This document shows, one piece after another, positions 1-11,779 of a stretch of DNA of 64,000 nt. The DNA lies in assembly GCA_002269645.1 (NCBI GenBank), contig NIVC01001759.1, forward strand, positions 1 through 64,000, written 5' to 3'. Each line of letters starts with the position of its first letter. Within the stretch, counting starts at the first letter, position 1. Source of the DNA: Macrostomum lignano. Its lineage: Eukaryota. The position numbers and the translations under genes were made by a program. The notes beneath the pieces were generated by a model that saw only the letters and a program-made list of their open reading frames with translations, was not told the DNA's origin and did no database searches.

Positions 1-418
1 TCTTGTTGCAAAAGTTGTGGCCAATACAGAAGGTTACGCAACTACATGTACTTTCAGAACTTTGTTGCAGAACTTTGTGAAGGATCGATTTGAAACTTGA
101 CCTTGATAAACTGTGATGCTTATCATGATTCTTTACCAAAATGAAGCTGATTAAATTAAAACAAACGTTTATTTCTGAATCAAGTACACTATATTGTGTG
201 TCACAGTTTCATTATGGTCAAGCTTCATGATGGCAAATTTTCTTTACAGATTTCTTGCAGAAAACTTGAGGTATGAAATTATTGCATCTTGTTAGGCTAA
301 TAAATCGAAGATTTTCCCACTGACATCAAATTTTCCATATTCTCAAGTTTGCTGTTAATTATAAGCAGGTATGTTTATATGCGTTCTAAGTTTCCCCGTT
401 TTATTTCTCTTCCCCTAG

Positions 419-1795
419 CAACCATTTCCCTCTGGTGCGGTACCCAGCATCAAGCAGACAACAAGCATTGCCGAGTCAGCCCCCTTTGACTCTAAAATTA
501 ATGACAAAGTGGCTGCATTCGAGGCTTTGCTTACTTTTGACACCGAGTATGAGTATGAGGTTGTGGATGTGCAGACCGCCGTGGTTGCCGAGTCTGCACC
601 CGTTGAGGAGACGGTAGATCTGCAGACCGCCGTGGTTGCCGAGTCTGCACCCGTTGAGGAGACGGTAGATCTGCAGACCGCCGTGGTTGCCGAGTCTTCA
701 CCTGCTGAGGAGGCTGCTGATAAAGCCAACGTTGAGTCTTCACCGATTGATAAGGCTGCTGATGAAGCTGACGTTGAGTCTTCACCCATTGAGGAGGCTG
801 CGGATGAAGCTGCACTTTATTCTTCACCGGTTGATGAGGCTGCTGATGAAGCCGTCGTTGAGTCTTCACCGGTTGAGGAGGCTGCTGATGAAGCTGCAGT
901 TGAATCTTCACCGGTTAAGGATGATGCTGATGAAGCTACTGTTGAATCTTCACTGGTTGATGAGGCTGCTGATGAAGCCGTCGTTGAGTCTTCACCGGTT
1001 GATGAGGCTGCTGATGAAGCCGTCGTTGAGTCTTCACCGGTTGAGGAGGCTGCTGATGAAGCTGCAGTTGAATCTTCACCGGTTAAGGATGATGCTGATG
1101 AAGCTACTGTTGAATCTTCACTGGTTGATGAGGCTGCTGATGAAGCCGTCGTTGAGTCTTCACCGGTTGATGAGGCTGCTGATGAAGCCGTCGTTGAGTC
1201 TTCACCGGTTGAGGAGGCTGCTGATGAAGCTGCAGTTGAATCTTCACCGGTTAAGGATGATGCTGATGAAGCTACTGTTGAATCTTCACTGGTTGATGAG
1301 GCTGCTGATGAAGCCGTCGTTGAGTCTTCACCGGTTGAGGAGGCTGCTGATGAAGCTGCAGTTGAATCTTCACCGGTTAAGGATGATGCTGATGAAGCTA
1401 CTGTTGAATCTTCACCGGTTGATGAGGCTGCTGATGAAGCCGTCGTTGAGTCTTCACCGGTTGAGGAGGCTGCTGATAAAGCTATTGTTGAGTCTTCACC
1501 GGTTGAGGAGGCTGCTGATGAAGCTGTAGTTAAATCTTCACCGGTTGATGAGGCCGCTGATGAGGCCACTGTTGAGTCTTCACTTATTGAGGAGGCTGCT
1601 GATGAAGCTGCAGTTGAGTCTTCACCGGTTGATGAGGCTGCTAATGAAGCCGCCGTTGAGTCTTCACCGGTTGAGGAGGCTGCAGATGAAGCTGCAGTTG
1701 AGTCTTCACGGGTCGATGAGACTTTTTCTGCGCCCGTCGAGTCATCAGCGGCTGAAGGTTCTTCACGAGACTTCGAGGTCGCAACGGATTACTGA
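419..1795 (+). CDS. Terminal coding exon of an acidic low-complexity repeat protein (5' exons not defined)
   Basis: Acceptor ttctcttcccctAG at 417-418. Frame is open from 419 (QPFPSG...) to TGA 1793-1795. Contains a 17-aa repeat (DLQTAVVAESAPVEETV) and then >20 copies of a 14-aa unit (VEEAADEAAVESSP), all in frame. Confidence 0.7.
   Translation, partial: QPFPSGAVPSIKQTTSIAESAPFDSKINDKVAAFEALLTFDTEYEYEVVDVQTAVVAESAPVEETVDLQTAVVAESAPVEETVDLQTAVVAESSPAEEAADKANVESSPIDKAADEADVESSPIEEAADEAALYSSPVDEAADEAVVESSPVEEAADEAAVESSPVKDDADEATVESSLVDEAADEAVVESSPVDEAADEAVVESSPVEEAADEAAVESSPVKDDADEATVESSLVDEAADEAVVESSPVDEAADEAVVESSPVEEAADEAAVESSPVKDDADEATVESSLVDEAADEAVVESSPVEEAADEAAVESSPVKDDADEATVESSPVDEAADEAVVESSPVEEAADKAIVESSPVEEAADEAVVKSSPVDEAADEATVESSLIEEAADEAAVESSPVDEAANEAAVESSPVEEAADEAAVESSRVDETFSAPVESSAAEGSSRDFEVATDY
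570..1720 (+). repeat. Coding minisatellite: 51-nt units, then 42-nt units with a 168-nt higher-order period
   Basis: The variant unit GGTTAAGGATGATGCT recurs at 913, 1081, 1249 and 1375 (spacings 168, 168, 126 nt). Confidence 0.95.
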
Positions 1796-2741
1796 CATAA
1801 TTATCGGGAGTGGCTTGACTTTTTATTAAGCCTCGCTTTGTGTCGCAATTTTGCAATAGAAGCCGCCGCACAATATGCTTTAGTTGAAAGCCAACAGAGG
1901 CATTTTTTGTATCTGAAATCGGATTTTCTCAGCCTACAACATTACGCAGCTCATTATAACAAAATGGAGCCAGAACCTGCTGCATTTCGCAAGCTGGCTT
2001 CATGAATTCGAACTTGACCAACGTCAGTTTTTTCCTGCCCCTTTACAAAGAGTCAGATTTCTGCAACTATTAACGGCAAGCTTGGCACTGGATTTTATGG
2101 CTTTCTCTGCTCAATATTTCACTGCATTTTTGTTAGCCAAGTACAATAACCGCTTAGTGATTTCGCGCTTTACCTGATTATCGGAAGGTGTTCTTCGCGA
2201 AATTTAATAGTTTTTTGCATATTTAAAAGACATTAGGGAGAGGACTAAAAGGTTTTCGAACTACGAGAGTAGTATTATTAAAAAATTACAAGAAATAAAT
2301 TCCAAGTCGCTTTGTTATTTGCAGACAAGCTTTCTAGAGCATTTAATGGGCGAATGCATTAGTAGAGGTCACAAAAATCTCACTTGTATACGCCATATGG
2401 CGCCAATGCTAGCCTCTGCATTCTCTCCCTCTGTTACTCAAAGCTCTCCTCTTGCTGCAAATTGTAAAACACAGAACTGCGCACCGCGCTCCGTGTTTGC
2501 CCTATTCGTTTCGCACCTTTTCCTCATTTCTGGCGTTCCTTTTGCGACGGCCAATAAAGAGCGAGGTTTTAGTGAATGCAAATCTCATCTACTTCATAAC
2601 CAATAGAGCGGCATTTTGCTTAGTTATCAGCGCTGATTTCTTCACGGAACAAGAAGAAGACGAAACAAATACTTTACCTTTTCTGCTTTTTTGCTAGCGA
2701 GAATTAGTTTGGTTTAAATAAGAGAATATACTTATTAGGCC

Positions 2742-3771
2742 ATGGCCAGCTGTCAAAAAGACGGACAGGTGAAAAAATTGATCGCCTTCTTCTCTAATCT
2801 GAGATCCTCTTCGAGCCCTGAGACGGTGAGATGACACCCAAGCAGTTTCTAAATGGATCTGGAAGTAATTTTGAGGCTGGAGAGTCGTGAGGCATTGTGT
2901 GTCTGAATTTCTAGATTTTATAGTTTGCATTTATTTAAGGGGGAGCAAATGGCTAGTCCACTATACTAAAACTGCAAAACAGCCTTAGCCGCAGAAACCC
3001 CGACACTTGACGCTCGAACCCGAACTCTCCCTAAACACCAACTCATTTTTTTTCTCAATTGTAACAGCAGAAGCCGGCCGCGGCTGAGGAGGAGGAGAAG
3101 ACCGACGAGGCCAAGGGCGAAGCCGACTCGGACGCCGCCAATGCCGTGGATCCCAACGATCCGGCTCAGAATCAGGCGGCTTCCAAAATTCAGGCTGGTT
3201 TCCGCGGTGAGTATCCGTTACTCTCTATCAGTTTCCACAGGCTTCAAGAAAAAAATCTGGCAAAATGTAAAGCTAGTGTGATTTTTATTATAAAATACGC
3301 TGCTTGATTCTTGTAGGCATGCAAGCTCGCAAAGAGGTGGCCGAGATGCGCAAGAGTGGCCAGGAACAGGGCGAGGCCAAATCCGCGGAGGGTGAAAGCG
3401 AGGAACCCGCGGAGGGTGAAAGCGAGGAACCCGCGGAACCGGCGGCGGTCGAGGACGAGACTGAACCGGAGGCTAAGGCTGAGCCAGAATCCGAGGCTGA
3501 AGCTGATGAGGCTAAGCCGGAGACTGAAGCTGATGAACCTCAGCCTGAAGCCGAGCCGGAGGCCGAATCGAAGCCTGAAGCGGAACCTGAAGCTGAGCCT
3601 GAGTCTGAGGATAAGCCCGAGGCCGAAGCTGAAGCGGAGCCTGAGGCACCTGAGGCCGCAGAGTCAGCGGCCGCGGCGGCGGCGCCAGGTGAGGAAGAGA
3701 ATGAAGCCGCCGCTCCGGCCGCTGCAGATGACGCGGCGGGAGCGGAAGGCGATGAGCCGCGCGATGAGTAA
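2742..3771 (+). CDS. Acidic IQ-motif (calmodulin-binding) protein, neuromodulin/igloo/Sp17-C-terminus-like, ~206 aa. Exons 2742-2768 (tentative), 3068-3206, 3317-3771
   Basis: Splicing 3206|GTGAGT to ttgtAG|3317 (phase 1) builds AASKIQAGFRGMQARKEV (IQxxxRGxxxR), followed by an E/A/P-rich tail to TAA 3771. NAGNAG acceptor at 3066-3070. Candidate first exon ATG2742 MASCQKDGQ|GTGAAA is phase 0. Total 621 nt, divisible by 3. Confidence 0.75.
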
Positions 3772-5704
3772 CTCACCTGTGCCCCCGCGCCCCTCCTCCG
3801 GATTTGACTTCCTCGCCCCCTCCCCCTACCTGCCAATAATTTCCTCTGCCCGCGCGCTAACGCAACGCCTCTACTACTAAGAGTAGGAAGTGCGCGCTCA
3901 GTGTCTTAGCCTTCAGTTTTTCCTGGCCTAATCGGGCCGGTTTTTGTATTGCTTTTTGCTAGATAAGCCCCCCTTTTAGTTTGCTGTCTGGCAACCGTTT
4001 TCTATGCGATTGAATTTGACTTGCTCGCCTAATCGTTTGCCGCTTTTATCTTCCCGCTATGAATGGAAGTTTTTACTAAATTACACTTATTAACCAGCAA
4101 AGAAAGTCTTCACGCCGAATCGTCGCGATCACGCACCGTCTTCTCAAGCCCCTATTAATTACTTAACTAACTGCTCCGTGATTTTCTTGGGCTTTTATAC
4201 ATATAAAATGGATTTATAGAAATTAATTTTTTTATTTTTGTTCGCTTTGCCTCAACTAGTTCTCTATAAATACTGCTATCTGGGCTGTGTTTTTTTTAAA
4301 CTAAAAGGGAAAAAAACTTTAAAACAAAGCTGCATCTGCATGGCAACTGTAATTAGTTATTAATTTTACACATTAATATCTGAAATTGCATGCATGTATT
4401 GGGAGTCTGGCCCAACAGTGGATACTGCAGTTTATGCTCACGGCTGGCACGAAAATTATCGACTTCCTTTGTTTCCTGTACTAAGTGATTTTTATATTAA
4501 AAATGCTTTTGTTGCATCAAATTTTTATCGGCCTTTATTTAAATGAATTAATCTTAACATGTTAAATAAAAGTACGCCTAAAATTAAAAAATTCAATGCT
4601 TCACTTTTAACAAAAGACGTTGTTAAACTGTCGATTTTGTAGGAAATAATTATTGGAAGAGAAACTAAGGAGCCTCAGTGATAGTAAAATATAATAAAAT
4701 AGTATATGAACATGATAAATCTACAGTAGTTTGCTTTTAAAATTTAATTTACAAGTACGGAAATCTAGGGAGAGAAATGCCTTAAATGTACAGTATAAAT
4801 TTACAATAATTAAAATTAAATATGAATATTACTAAGACTTTAATTTCTGTTATTTTAACGCTTGCTTTAGTTTTGTAAGTTCGTTTATGATGAACTATAT
4901 TAGGTCGCAAAAGTTCAAATTAGACTCGAAATCAAACAAATCTTAAATCTCCGGGTTTGAACTCCTGCGACAAAATATTGTCTTCACCTATTCCTAAGGG
5001 AAGGGTTGAAATAGCTTAATGGAATTGGATAGTCATTCTACGGATAGCACGATTCTATGCATATTTTTTTAATTATGCAATGCTCTTTCTATAGCACCAA
5101 TTACCATATGAATAAAATAATTTAACATAATCAGCTTTAATCGAAAATCAGTTGAAAAAAATATAGAAGTTATAGAAAAAAATTATGGACACGGTATAAC
5201 GTCTGGAAATAGCCCACCATTAAAACACAGCTGATTAATTACGAAAATTGTGCTGCTTTTTATCGATATTGTACGGCGCCAACATAAAAGTACAGTACAG
5301 CATGCACTAACTGCATAGAACTTATGAAATATTATTTGCATGCACTGAATGAGCTTCATTGTAGCCGCGTGCTGTAGCCTATTAAATTTTCCTGCACTTC
5401 CCATTTTGTTGCACTGATTTAAAGTCAAGCAGCTATATTATTGGTGTTGCAGATGTACGATCGGGATTCTCTGGAAAGTGAATTAAGCCTGATTGTGCGC
5501 TTTATGCAGCCAGTGATCCTTTATCATCACTGAAATACATTTGTAATCAGGAATGCATGTACATGTACTAGTTACACGCACTTTGTAGATCTATTTACAT
5601 GCACGTAGATAGGGTAGAAGCCACTGAGAACCTGTAGGTTCTCTGGACTCTCTAATCTTTAGCTCCCTGATCTTTAGCTTTATACCCACTCCCTTACCCA
5701 GCTC

Positions 5705-5925
5705 GTCTCTCGCCCCTCCAACTGTATGTACATAGCCCACTCCCTTCCTTGCCCAGCCCGTCTCTCGCCCCTGCAACTGTATGTACCTAGCCTACTCCCT
5801 TCCCCAGCCCGTCTCTCGCCCCTCCAACTGTATGTACATAGCCCACTCCCTTCCTTGCCCAGCCCGTCTCTCGCCCCTGCAACTGTATGTACCTAGCCTA
5901 CTCCCTTCCCCAGCCCGTCACTCGC
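5705..5925 (+). repeat. Alternating 55/51-nt tandem repeat (106-nt dimer x2)
   Basis: Unit start GTCTCTCGCC at 5705, 5760, 5811, 5866 and a variant at 5917. Confidence 0.9.
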
Positions 5926-6008
5926 CAATCCTGTCACAACGCGCTCGTACCCTGCCTTTACTGCTTTCCCCATCCGTCAATCGATCTCTATTGATTGTCT
6001 TCACCAAG

Positions 6009-7720
6009 TCCTCGCGGACAAACGCAATCAACGCAGGTGGCGTGCAGCTGACGGCCAGACAGCGCCAGATCATGTTCAACGCACTGCAGGCGTTCCCCGG
6101 CTTCATGCGGGTGCCCAGCATGAGCAGTACTGGCGACCAGCTCGGCCAGAGGAATCTGCGACGCACCATACGCTGGTTAAACGAAGCGCGCAGAACACTT
6201 GATGTAAGAATAGCTAAATAGTTTCATGATATCTAGTTATATTAGAAACTGTACGTTGGTTACTAATATGAAAACATTTAGGACAGCCCAGACGATCAAC
6301 AAGCGAAAAGCAGCCTCACCAATCGGCTTCATCACCTGTTCGACTCGCCAGAGGAGGAAGAGGAAGAGCACAGAGAGGAGGAAGAGGAACCCGAGCAGCT
6401 GGACACGCTTCTTGGTGAGAGGAGGAGCCAATATTCAGCCTTTCAATTAGTATTCATGGCCTGATTAAGGAGTAGCCCACCCTATTGGATGATCAGGAGT
6501 AGCCCACCCCTCATTGGCTGATAAGGAGTAGCCCATATTGGCTGATCAGTAGTAGCCCAACCCTCATTGGCTGATAAGGAGTAGCCCACCCCCATTGGCT
6601 GAAAAGGAATTGCCTGCCCCTTATTAGCTGAAAAGGAATTGCCTGCCCCTTATTGGCTGATAAGGAGTTGCCCACCCCTTATTGGCTTAGCTCGTATTGA
6701 TTGGTCCCTCGATCGATTTCTTATAATAAAAAAGAACGAAGTATATTTCCCTTTTCAAACGCATCCTCAAAAAAAGGTTTGATGGGATCTCTGCTTGAAG
6801 AGATGGAGGACAGCGTTGGCGGCGAAATAGTCAACTCAGCTGGCAACCTCATCATGAGTTTCATGATGCCCATTCTTGCCAAGAACCTGGCCAAGGAAGT
6901 GCAATACCCGTTCGTGTCGTTCCTTACCAGAGCGGTGAGTTTTTAAGTGAGCAGTTTTACGAGTTCCTATACAATGAATAGCGTGTTTCTTTACACTACT
7001 GTATCATTCAGCTGCCAGAATACGCGGAGTCAAAGGCGGCCGAACTGACGGAGGAGGAGCACAGCCGGTGTCTCCGGCTTGGCCAAGTGTACGCCTCCAT
7101 GACCGAGATCTACGACAGCGGTGAGGTTGGGCCGGGCGTCACTATACAGCTGCTCAACTTGGCTCAGGAAGCCAGCGCGCTGGGCCAACTGCCCGAAGAG
7201 ATTGATGAAAAACGGGTGAGGCTTGAATGACACTATTCCTCCCACCATCGTCAATCTGATTGGCTGGCTTGCGCCTGAACCCAACTCCAGTGCCCCCCAG
7301 TCGACTGGCACTATTCCTTCCCCATCTTCAATTTGATTGGCTGGCTTACGCCTGAACCCAACTCCAGTGCCCCCAGTCGACTGGCACTATTCCTCCCCCA
7401 TCTTCAATTTGATTGGCTGGCTTACGCCTGAACCCAACTCCAGTGCCCCCAGTCGACTGGCACTATTCCTTCCCCCATCTTTAATCTGATTGGCTGGCTT
7501 GCGCATGAACCGAGCCTCAGGGACCCATGGTTTAAACGTATCTTAACAAACAAATTTAAACTTCATTAATAAAACCTCGATTTAACAGAAGCAAATCATG
7601 GAGGAGCAGGGCGCGGTACTGGAGAATCTCAACCAGGAAATTGTGGAGGCATCGGCTAGCGGACTGATGAACCTTCAGCACATGATCTCCGAGGAGCTGG
7701 AGGGCTGCGCCATCTTGTGA
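6009..7720 (+). CDS. PEX19: Divergent PEX19-like peroxin with C-terminal CaaX (CAIL). Exons 6009-6203 (5' end uncertain), 6282-6414, 6777-6934, 7012-7215, 7589-7720
   Basis: Four GT-AG introns with matching phases (0,1,0,0). FMMPILAKNLAKEVQYPFVSFLTRALPEYAESKAAELTEEE aligns by eye to the PEX19 C-domain (human IMQSIMQNLLSKDVLYPSLKEITEKYPEWLQSHRESLPPEQ). LLNLAQEASALGQLPEEI aligns to VLDLMQQLQDLGHPPKEL. Ends ELEGCAIL-stop. Confidence 0.75.
6468..6688 (+). repeat. Intronic ~28-nt minisatellite (AGGAGTAGCCCACCCCTCATTGGCTGAT), ~8 copies
   Basis: Direct reading; lies in the PEX19-like intron 6415-6776. Confidence 0.9.
7231..7510 (+). repeat. Intronic 77-nt tandem repeat, ~3.6 copies
   Basis: CACTATTCC at 7231, 7308, 7385 and 7461. 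Confidence 0.9.
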
Positions 7721-8186
7721 TTGATTTTATAAATACTTTCTTTACTTTCCTTCCTTTTATTTGCGTTTTAAATCCCAACATTTTCCTCTGCTTCTCTCGA
7801 TGTGTAAAACGCGGTAATTATTAAAAAAAGTAATTTACACTGCTTTTCAGATCGAAATACAGCCTACTCCCTTTCTCTTTTTCAAGGGCATCCGATTTTA
7901 GAAACCTCAACGATAAATAAATAAGTCGACTTAGATTTTCTTAAAACAATTTGCGTTCCACTTTAAATAAGTCAAACAGGATGGATCACTGATTTTTTGT
8001 TATTGAAAAATGCAAAAGTCATCAAATGCAAACTCATCAAAGAAACTTGCGCACAATCAGGGGCAGCGCGATTCTATGCGCAGCCACATTTGGGGCTTGG
8101 GCAAGAAAATTGGCTGGAGGCTCTCGTGCGATTCACAACCATGAGGGCCAACCCCAAGGCACAGAGTGTACATGCCTGACGATTAG

Positions 8187-8662
8187 GAAGGGACATCAAA
8201 GGGCCTTGCCGCACAATCCGTATGGAAAAGACATCAAGGGGCCTTGCCGCACAATCCGTATGGAAGGAACATTAAAGGGCCTTGCCGCACAATCCGTATG
8301 AAAGAGACATCAAAGGGCCTTGCCGCACAATCCGTATGAAAGAGACATCAAAGGGCCTTGCCGCACAATCCGTATGAAAGGGACATCAAAGGGCCTTGCC
8401 GCACAATCCGTATGCAAGGGACATCAAAGGGCCTTGCCGCACAATCCGTATGGAAGAGACATCAAAGGGCCTTGCCGCACAATCCGTATGGAAGAGACAT
8501 CAAAGGGCCTTGCCGCACAATCCGTATGAAAGAGACATCAAAGGGCCTTGCCGCACAATCCGTATGGAAGGGACATCAAAGGGCCTTGCCGCACAATCCG
8601 TATGGAAGAGACATCAAAGGGCCTTGCCGCACAATCCGTATGGAAGAGACATCAAAGGGCCT
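8187..8662 (+). repeat. 38-nt minisatellite (GACATCAAAGGGCCTTGCCGCACAATCCGTATGGAAGA), ~12 copies
   Basis: Direct reading; accounts for the overlapping ORFs at 8026-8741. Confidence 0.95.
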
Positions 8663-9164
8663 TGTTATGCGATCTTATGGCAACGTCAAAAAAGAAGAAC
8701 AAAGAAATAGATACTTCATGGAAGTTTTCAATAGCCGGTAAAAAAGGCTTGGATTCCTGCCGCAGTGGCAAACGGAACAGAAACAGAATCAAATTAAATA
8801 TAGTTTTATTCAATAATCCAGTAATTAAAAATAGTCTCGGTACTGTTCTGAGCCTTAATATTAGGGGATGGAAAAATCGAACACCTAAATTGAATTTGAA
8901 TAGACAAATTAGTCAAAAGGCGGATTGGACAGTCTATATTGAAGTCAAGAGCGTCAAGCATCAGCGTAGTTTAATTTGCGAGGACATGGCAAGTGATTGA
9001 CAGGCAGACAGCTTCCGTACGAAACAATTCAACAATAAATCGATGGAAGCGTCAAGTACACAGCAACAAATCCAGCCGTTACGTAGTAGCAATAGAACAA
9101 CATTGCTGAAGCTTGAGTCTTAAAATCTGTTGGTTTGGAATCTCTAAAATCTAGTTACATTTCA

Positions 9165-9700
9165 ACAGCTAGTCTGAGATCTAGCTAAATATGGTGTCAG
9201 ATCTAGATACATCTAGTCTGAGATCTAGCTACATCTAGCCGGAGATCTAGCTACAGCTAGCCGGAGATCTAGCTACATTTGGTGTCAGATCTAGATACAT
9301 CTAGCCGGAGGTCTAGCTACATCTAGTCTGAGATCTAGCTACATCTAGCCGGAGATCTAGCTACATCTAGCCTGAGATCTAGCTACATCTAGCCTGAGAT
9401 CTAGCTACATCTAGTCTGAGATCTAGCTACATCTAGCCGGAGATCTAGCTACATCTAGCCGGAGATCTAGCTACATCTAGCCTGAGATCTAGCTACATCT
9501 AGCCGGAGGTCTAGCTACATCTAGCCGGAGATCTAGCTACATCTAGTCTGAGATCTAGCTACAGCTAGCCTGAGATCTAGCTACAGCTAGCCGGAGATCT
9601 AGCTACAGCTAGCCGGAGATCTAGCTACAGCTAGCCGGAGATCTAGCTACAGCTACCCGGAGATCTAGCTACATCTAGTTTGAGATCTAGCTACAGACAG
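9165..9700 (+). repeat. 22/23-nt minisatellite (GAGATCTAGCTACATCTAGCCG)
   Basis: Direct reading. Confidence 0.95.
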
Positions 9701-10193
9701 CATCAAATTTAGCTAAATCTAGCTTGAATTAAATCTAGATCAAGATTAGATTTCGCATTTATGAGGTTCTATTATCAGCAATGTTAAAATATCTACTAAT
9801 AGCGGTAGCAATCGCATTTTGAAAATTCTAGCTATAATTATAGCGTGTAACAAAAATCAATAAAACAGCAATTTATAAAGTGAGTACTTTGAAAATTAAT
9901 TAGTAAAGAAAAAGTTAGCTTTCAGAAAGATTGTCATAACATGGAAAAAATCAGAACTATAATCAAATAATGTGCCGCGACGGCGTCAATAATCAGTGAA
10001 TATTCAAATAATATGCAAAACATGAATATTTGGAAATCTATGCATGGAAGTGATAAATCTGAGTTAATAATATGCAATGTGGAGTCTCATAACTGCTAAT
10101 ACTATTGCATAAAAATTTGTATTGCATTGTGTATAGGGCATCAGAATTTACCAAGACACAATATAAAGCTTTCGAAATGTTGCATGCTTCGTC

Positions 10194-10641
10194 CACAGAT
10201 ACTAGAATAACTAGATAGGTCACTCAGCGTGTAAGCTACTTTCAGTTCAGTAGTAAGTTAAACGGAAGCATTTTAATGTATTTTTAAAGCGAAGGCTCAT
10301 TTATTGGCTCTTAACTCCAGCTTAAACCCTCCAACCGCGCCTTTCCACACTGCCCCCGCCCCAATTTTTATTGCCTTTCTCGGAATTCCAGCCTAAAGCT
10401 GCCATGTACATTTCAGCGGACTGGCCAATGTACATTATTGCTGAACCAATTAGCAAGTTGTTTACGCCTGCAAGCTTGGGCTTCTAAACTTACCCAAGTC
10501 ATTTCAGCTTCCTTTATTTTTATAAAATAGCCTAATGTTCTCCCCTGCTACTGAACTGAAAGTAGAAAGCTGTTTTGCTAAGCTTTTACTAAGCATATAT
10601 GCCTGAGTGGCCCCATCTAGTTATTTTGGTATCGGTCGGTG
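10194..10641. mobile_element. hAT-type MITE, family A copy 1
   Basis: Imperfect TIRs CACAGATACTAGAATAACTAGAT... / ...ATCTAGTTATTTTGGTATCGGTCGGTG. 8-bp TSD GCTTCGTC at 10186-10193 and 10642-10649. Interior matches 33279-33735 in inverted orientation. Confidence 0.85.
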
Positions 10642-10879
10642 GCTTCGTCAAATGACCAATTACTAATGGAAAATATGAATGAAATAGCTCAAAGGTACGA
10701 GGTAAAAAAATCTGCTTTTAACGATTTTCAGGCCATTTCTGTAAAATACTTTTAGTTAAATAAAATTAGCTGCATGCATATTGTAATTTAACACTTGTAG
10801 AGCTGCATAATACCAAATATTTATTTGGGACTTGGAAATCCAGCTTGGAAATGAAGGATTTAATGTTCAAGAAATGACG

Positions 10880-11130
10880 TATTAGGGATTTAAAAATACA
10901 GGATTTGGGATTCAAGAAATAAGGGATTTGGATTTCAAGAAATAGGGAATTTGGATTTCAAGAAATAGGGGATTCGGGTTTCAAGAAATAGGGGATTTGG
11001 GTTTCAAGAAATAAGGGATTTGGGATCTATGAAATAAAGGATTTGGGATTCAAGAAATAGCGGATTTGGGTTTCAAGAAATAAAGGATTTGGGATTTAAG
11101 ATACGAGGGATTTGGGACTTAAGAAATGAG
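10880..11130 (+). repeat. Degenerate ~21-nt minisatellite (GGGATTTGGGATTCAAGAAATA)
   Basis: Direct reading. Confidence 0.85.
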
Positions 11131-11779
11131 GAACTGGGATTCGCCCCTCTTCATTGTGGGAATTCCTACAGGTTTTTCGCAACTTTCCATTGCGTTCTCG
11201 AGTCTCAACCCCTGTCTTTGGCTTTGCTCTACACTTCTTTTTTCTCGTCCTTCATATCTATCACAGGCGTACACACGCATAAATTATATTTTCTTCATAA
11301 TTATCTTGCATTGCAGCTCACTGGCTGAACTCACTGTCATAATTTAAGTTTATTTATTGCAATAGTCTCACAGATAACCATAAATACCTACTAGAAGGAC
11401 CACTTCAACCACTTCTACTTCTGGTACCTAGAGCCCCAGAGTTGTTGCAGGTACCATAGGTAAAATAGGAAAGAGGTGACTCTACAGACGACTCTAAAAC
11501 GACGAGATGTCACGGTACAAGTTGCTGAAAAGTTGTCAAAGAGTCAGTCGCCTAAGGGTCAATTTGAGGTGTTTTATTGTCTGCGACTCTGAGGTCGCTG
11601 TAGAATTACTGAGCACTTAGTTACCAGCGAGTTGTTTGCAATGGCTCCTTATTTAATGGCTTAAAGCTGCCCGCCATGTACATTCTCAGTGGCGCTGGGC
11701 TAATGTACATTAACGGCTGCATGCATAAAACGGCCCATCTAGCCATCATTATAGCATCTGTGGTTAGTCCCTGATTAAT

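Noticed and set aside
4945-4970. B-box-like GGGTTTGAACTCC suggesting a tRNA or SINE
   Set aside because: No A-box at a suitable spacing and no cloverleaf could be built.
8057-8120. CAGGGGCAGCGCG as a hAT-like left TIR before the 38-nt array
   Set aside because: No matching right TIR or TSD could be found.
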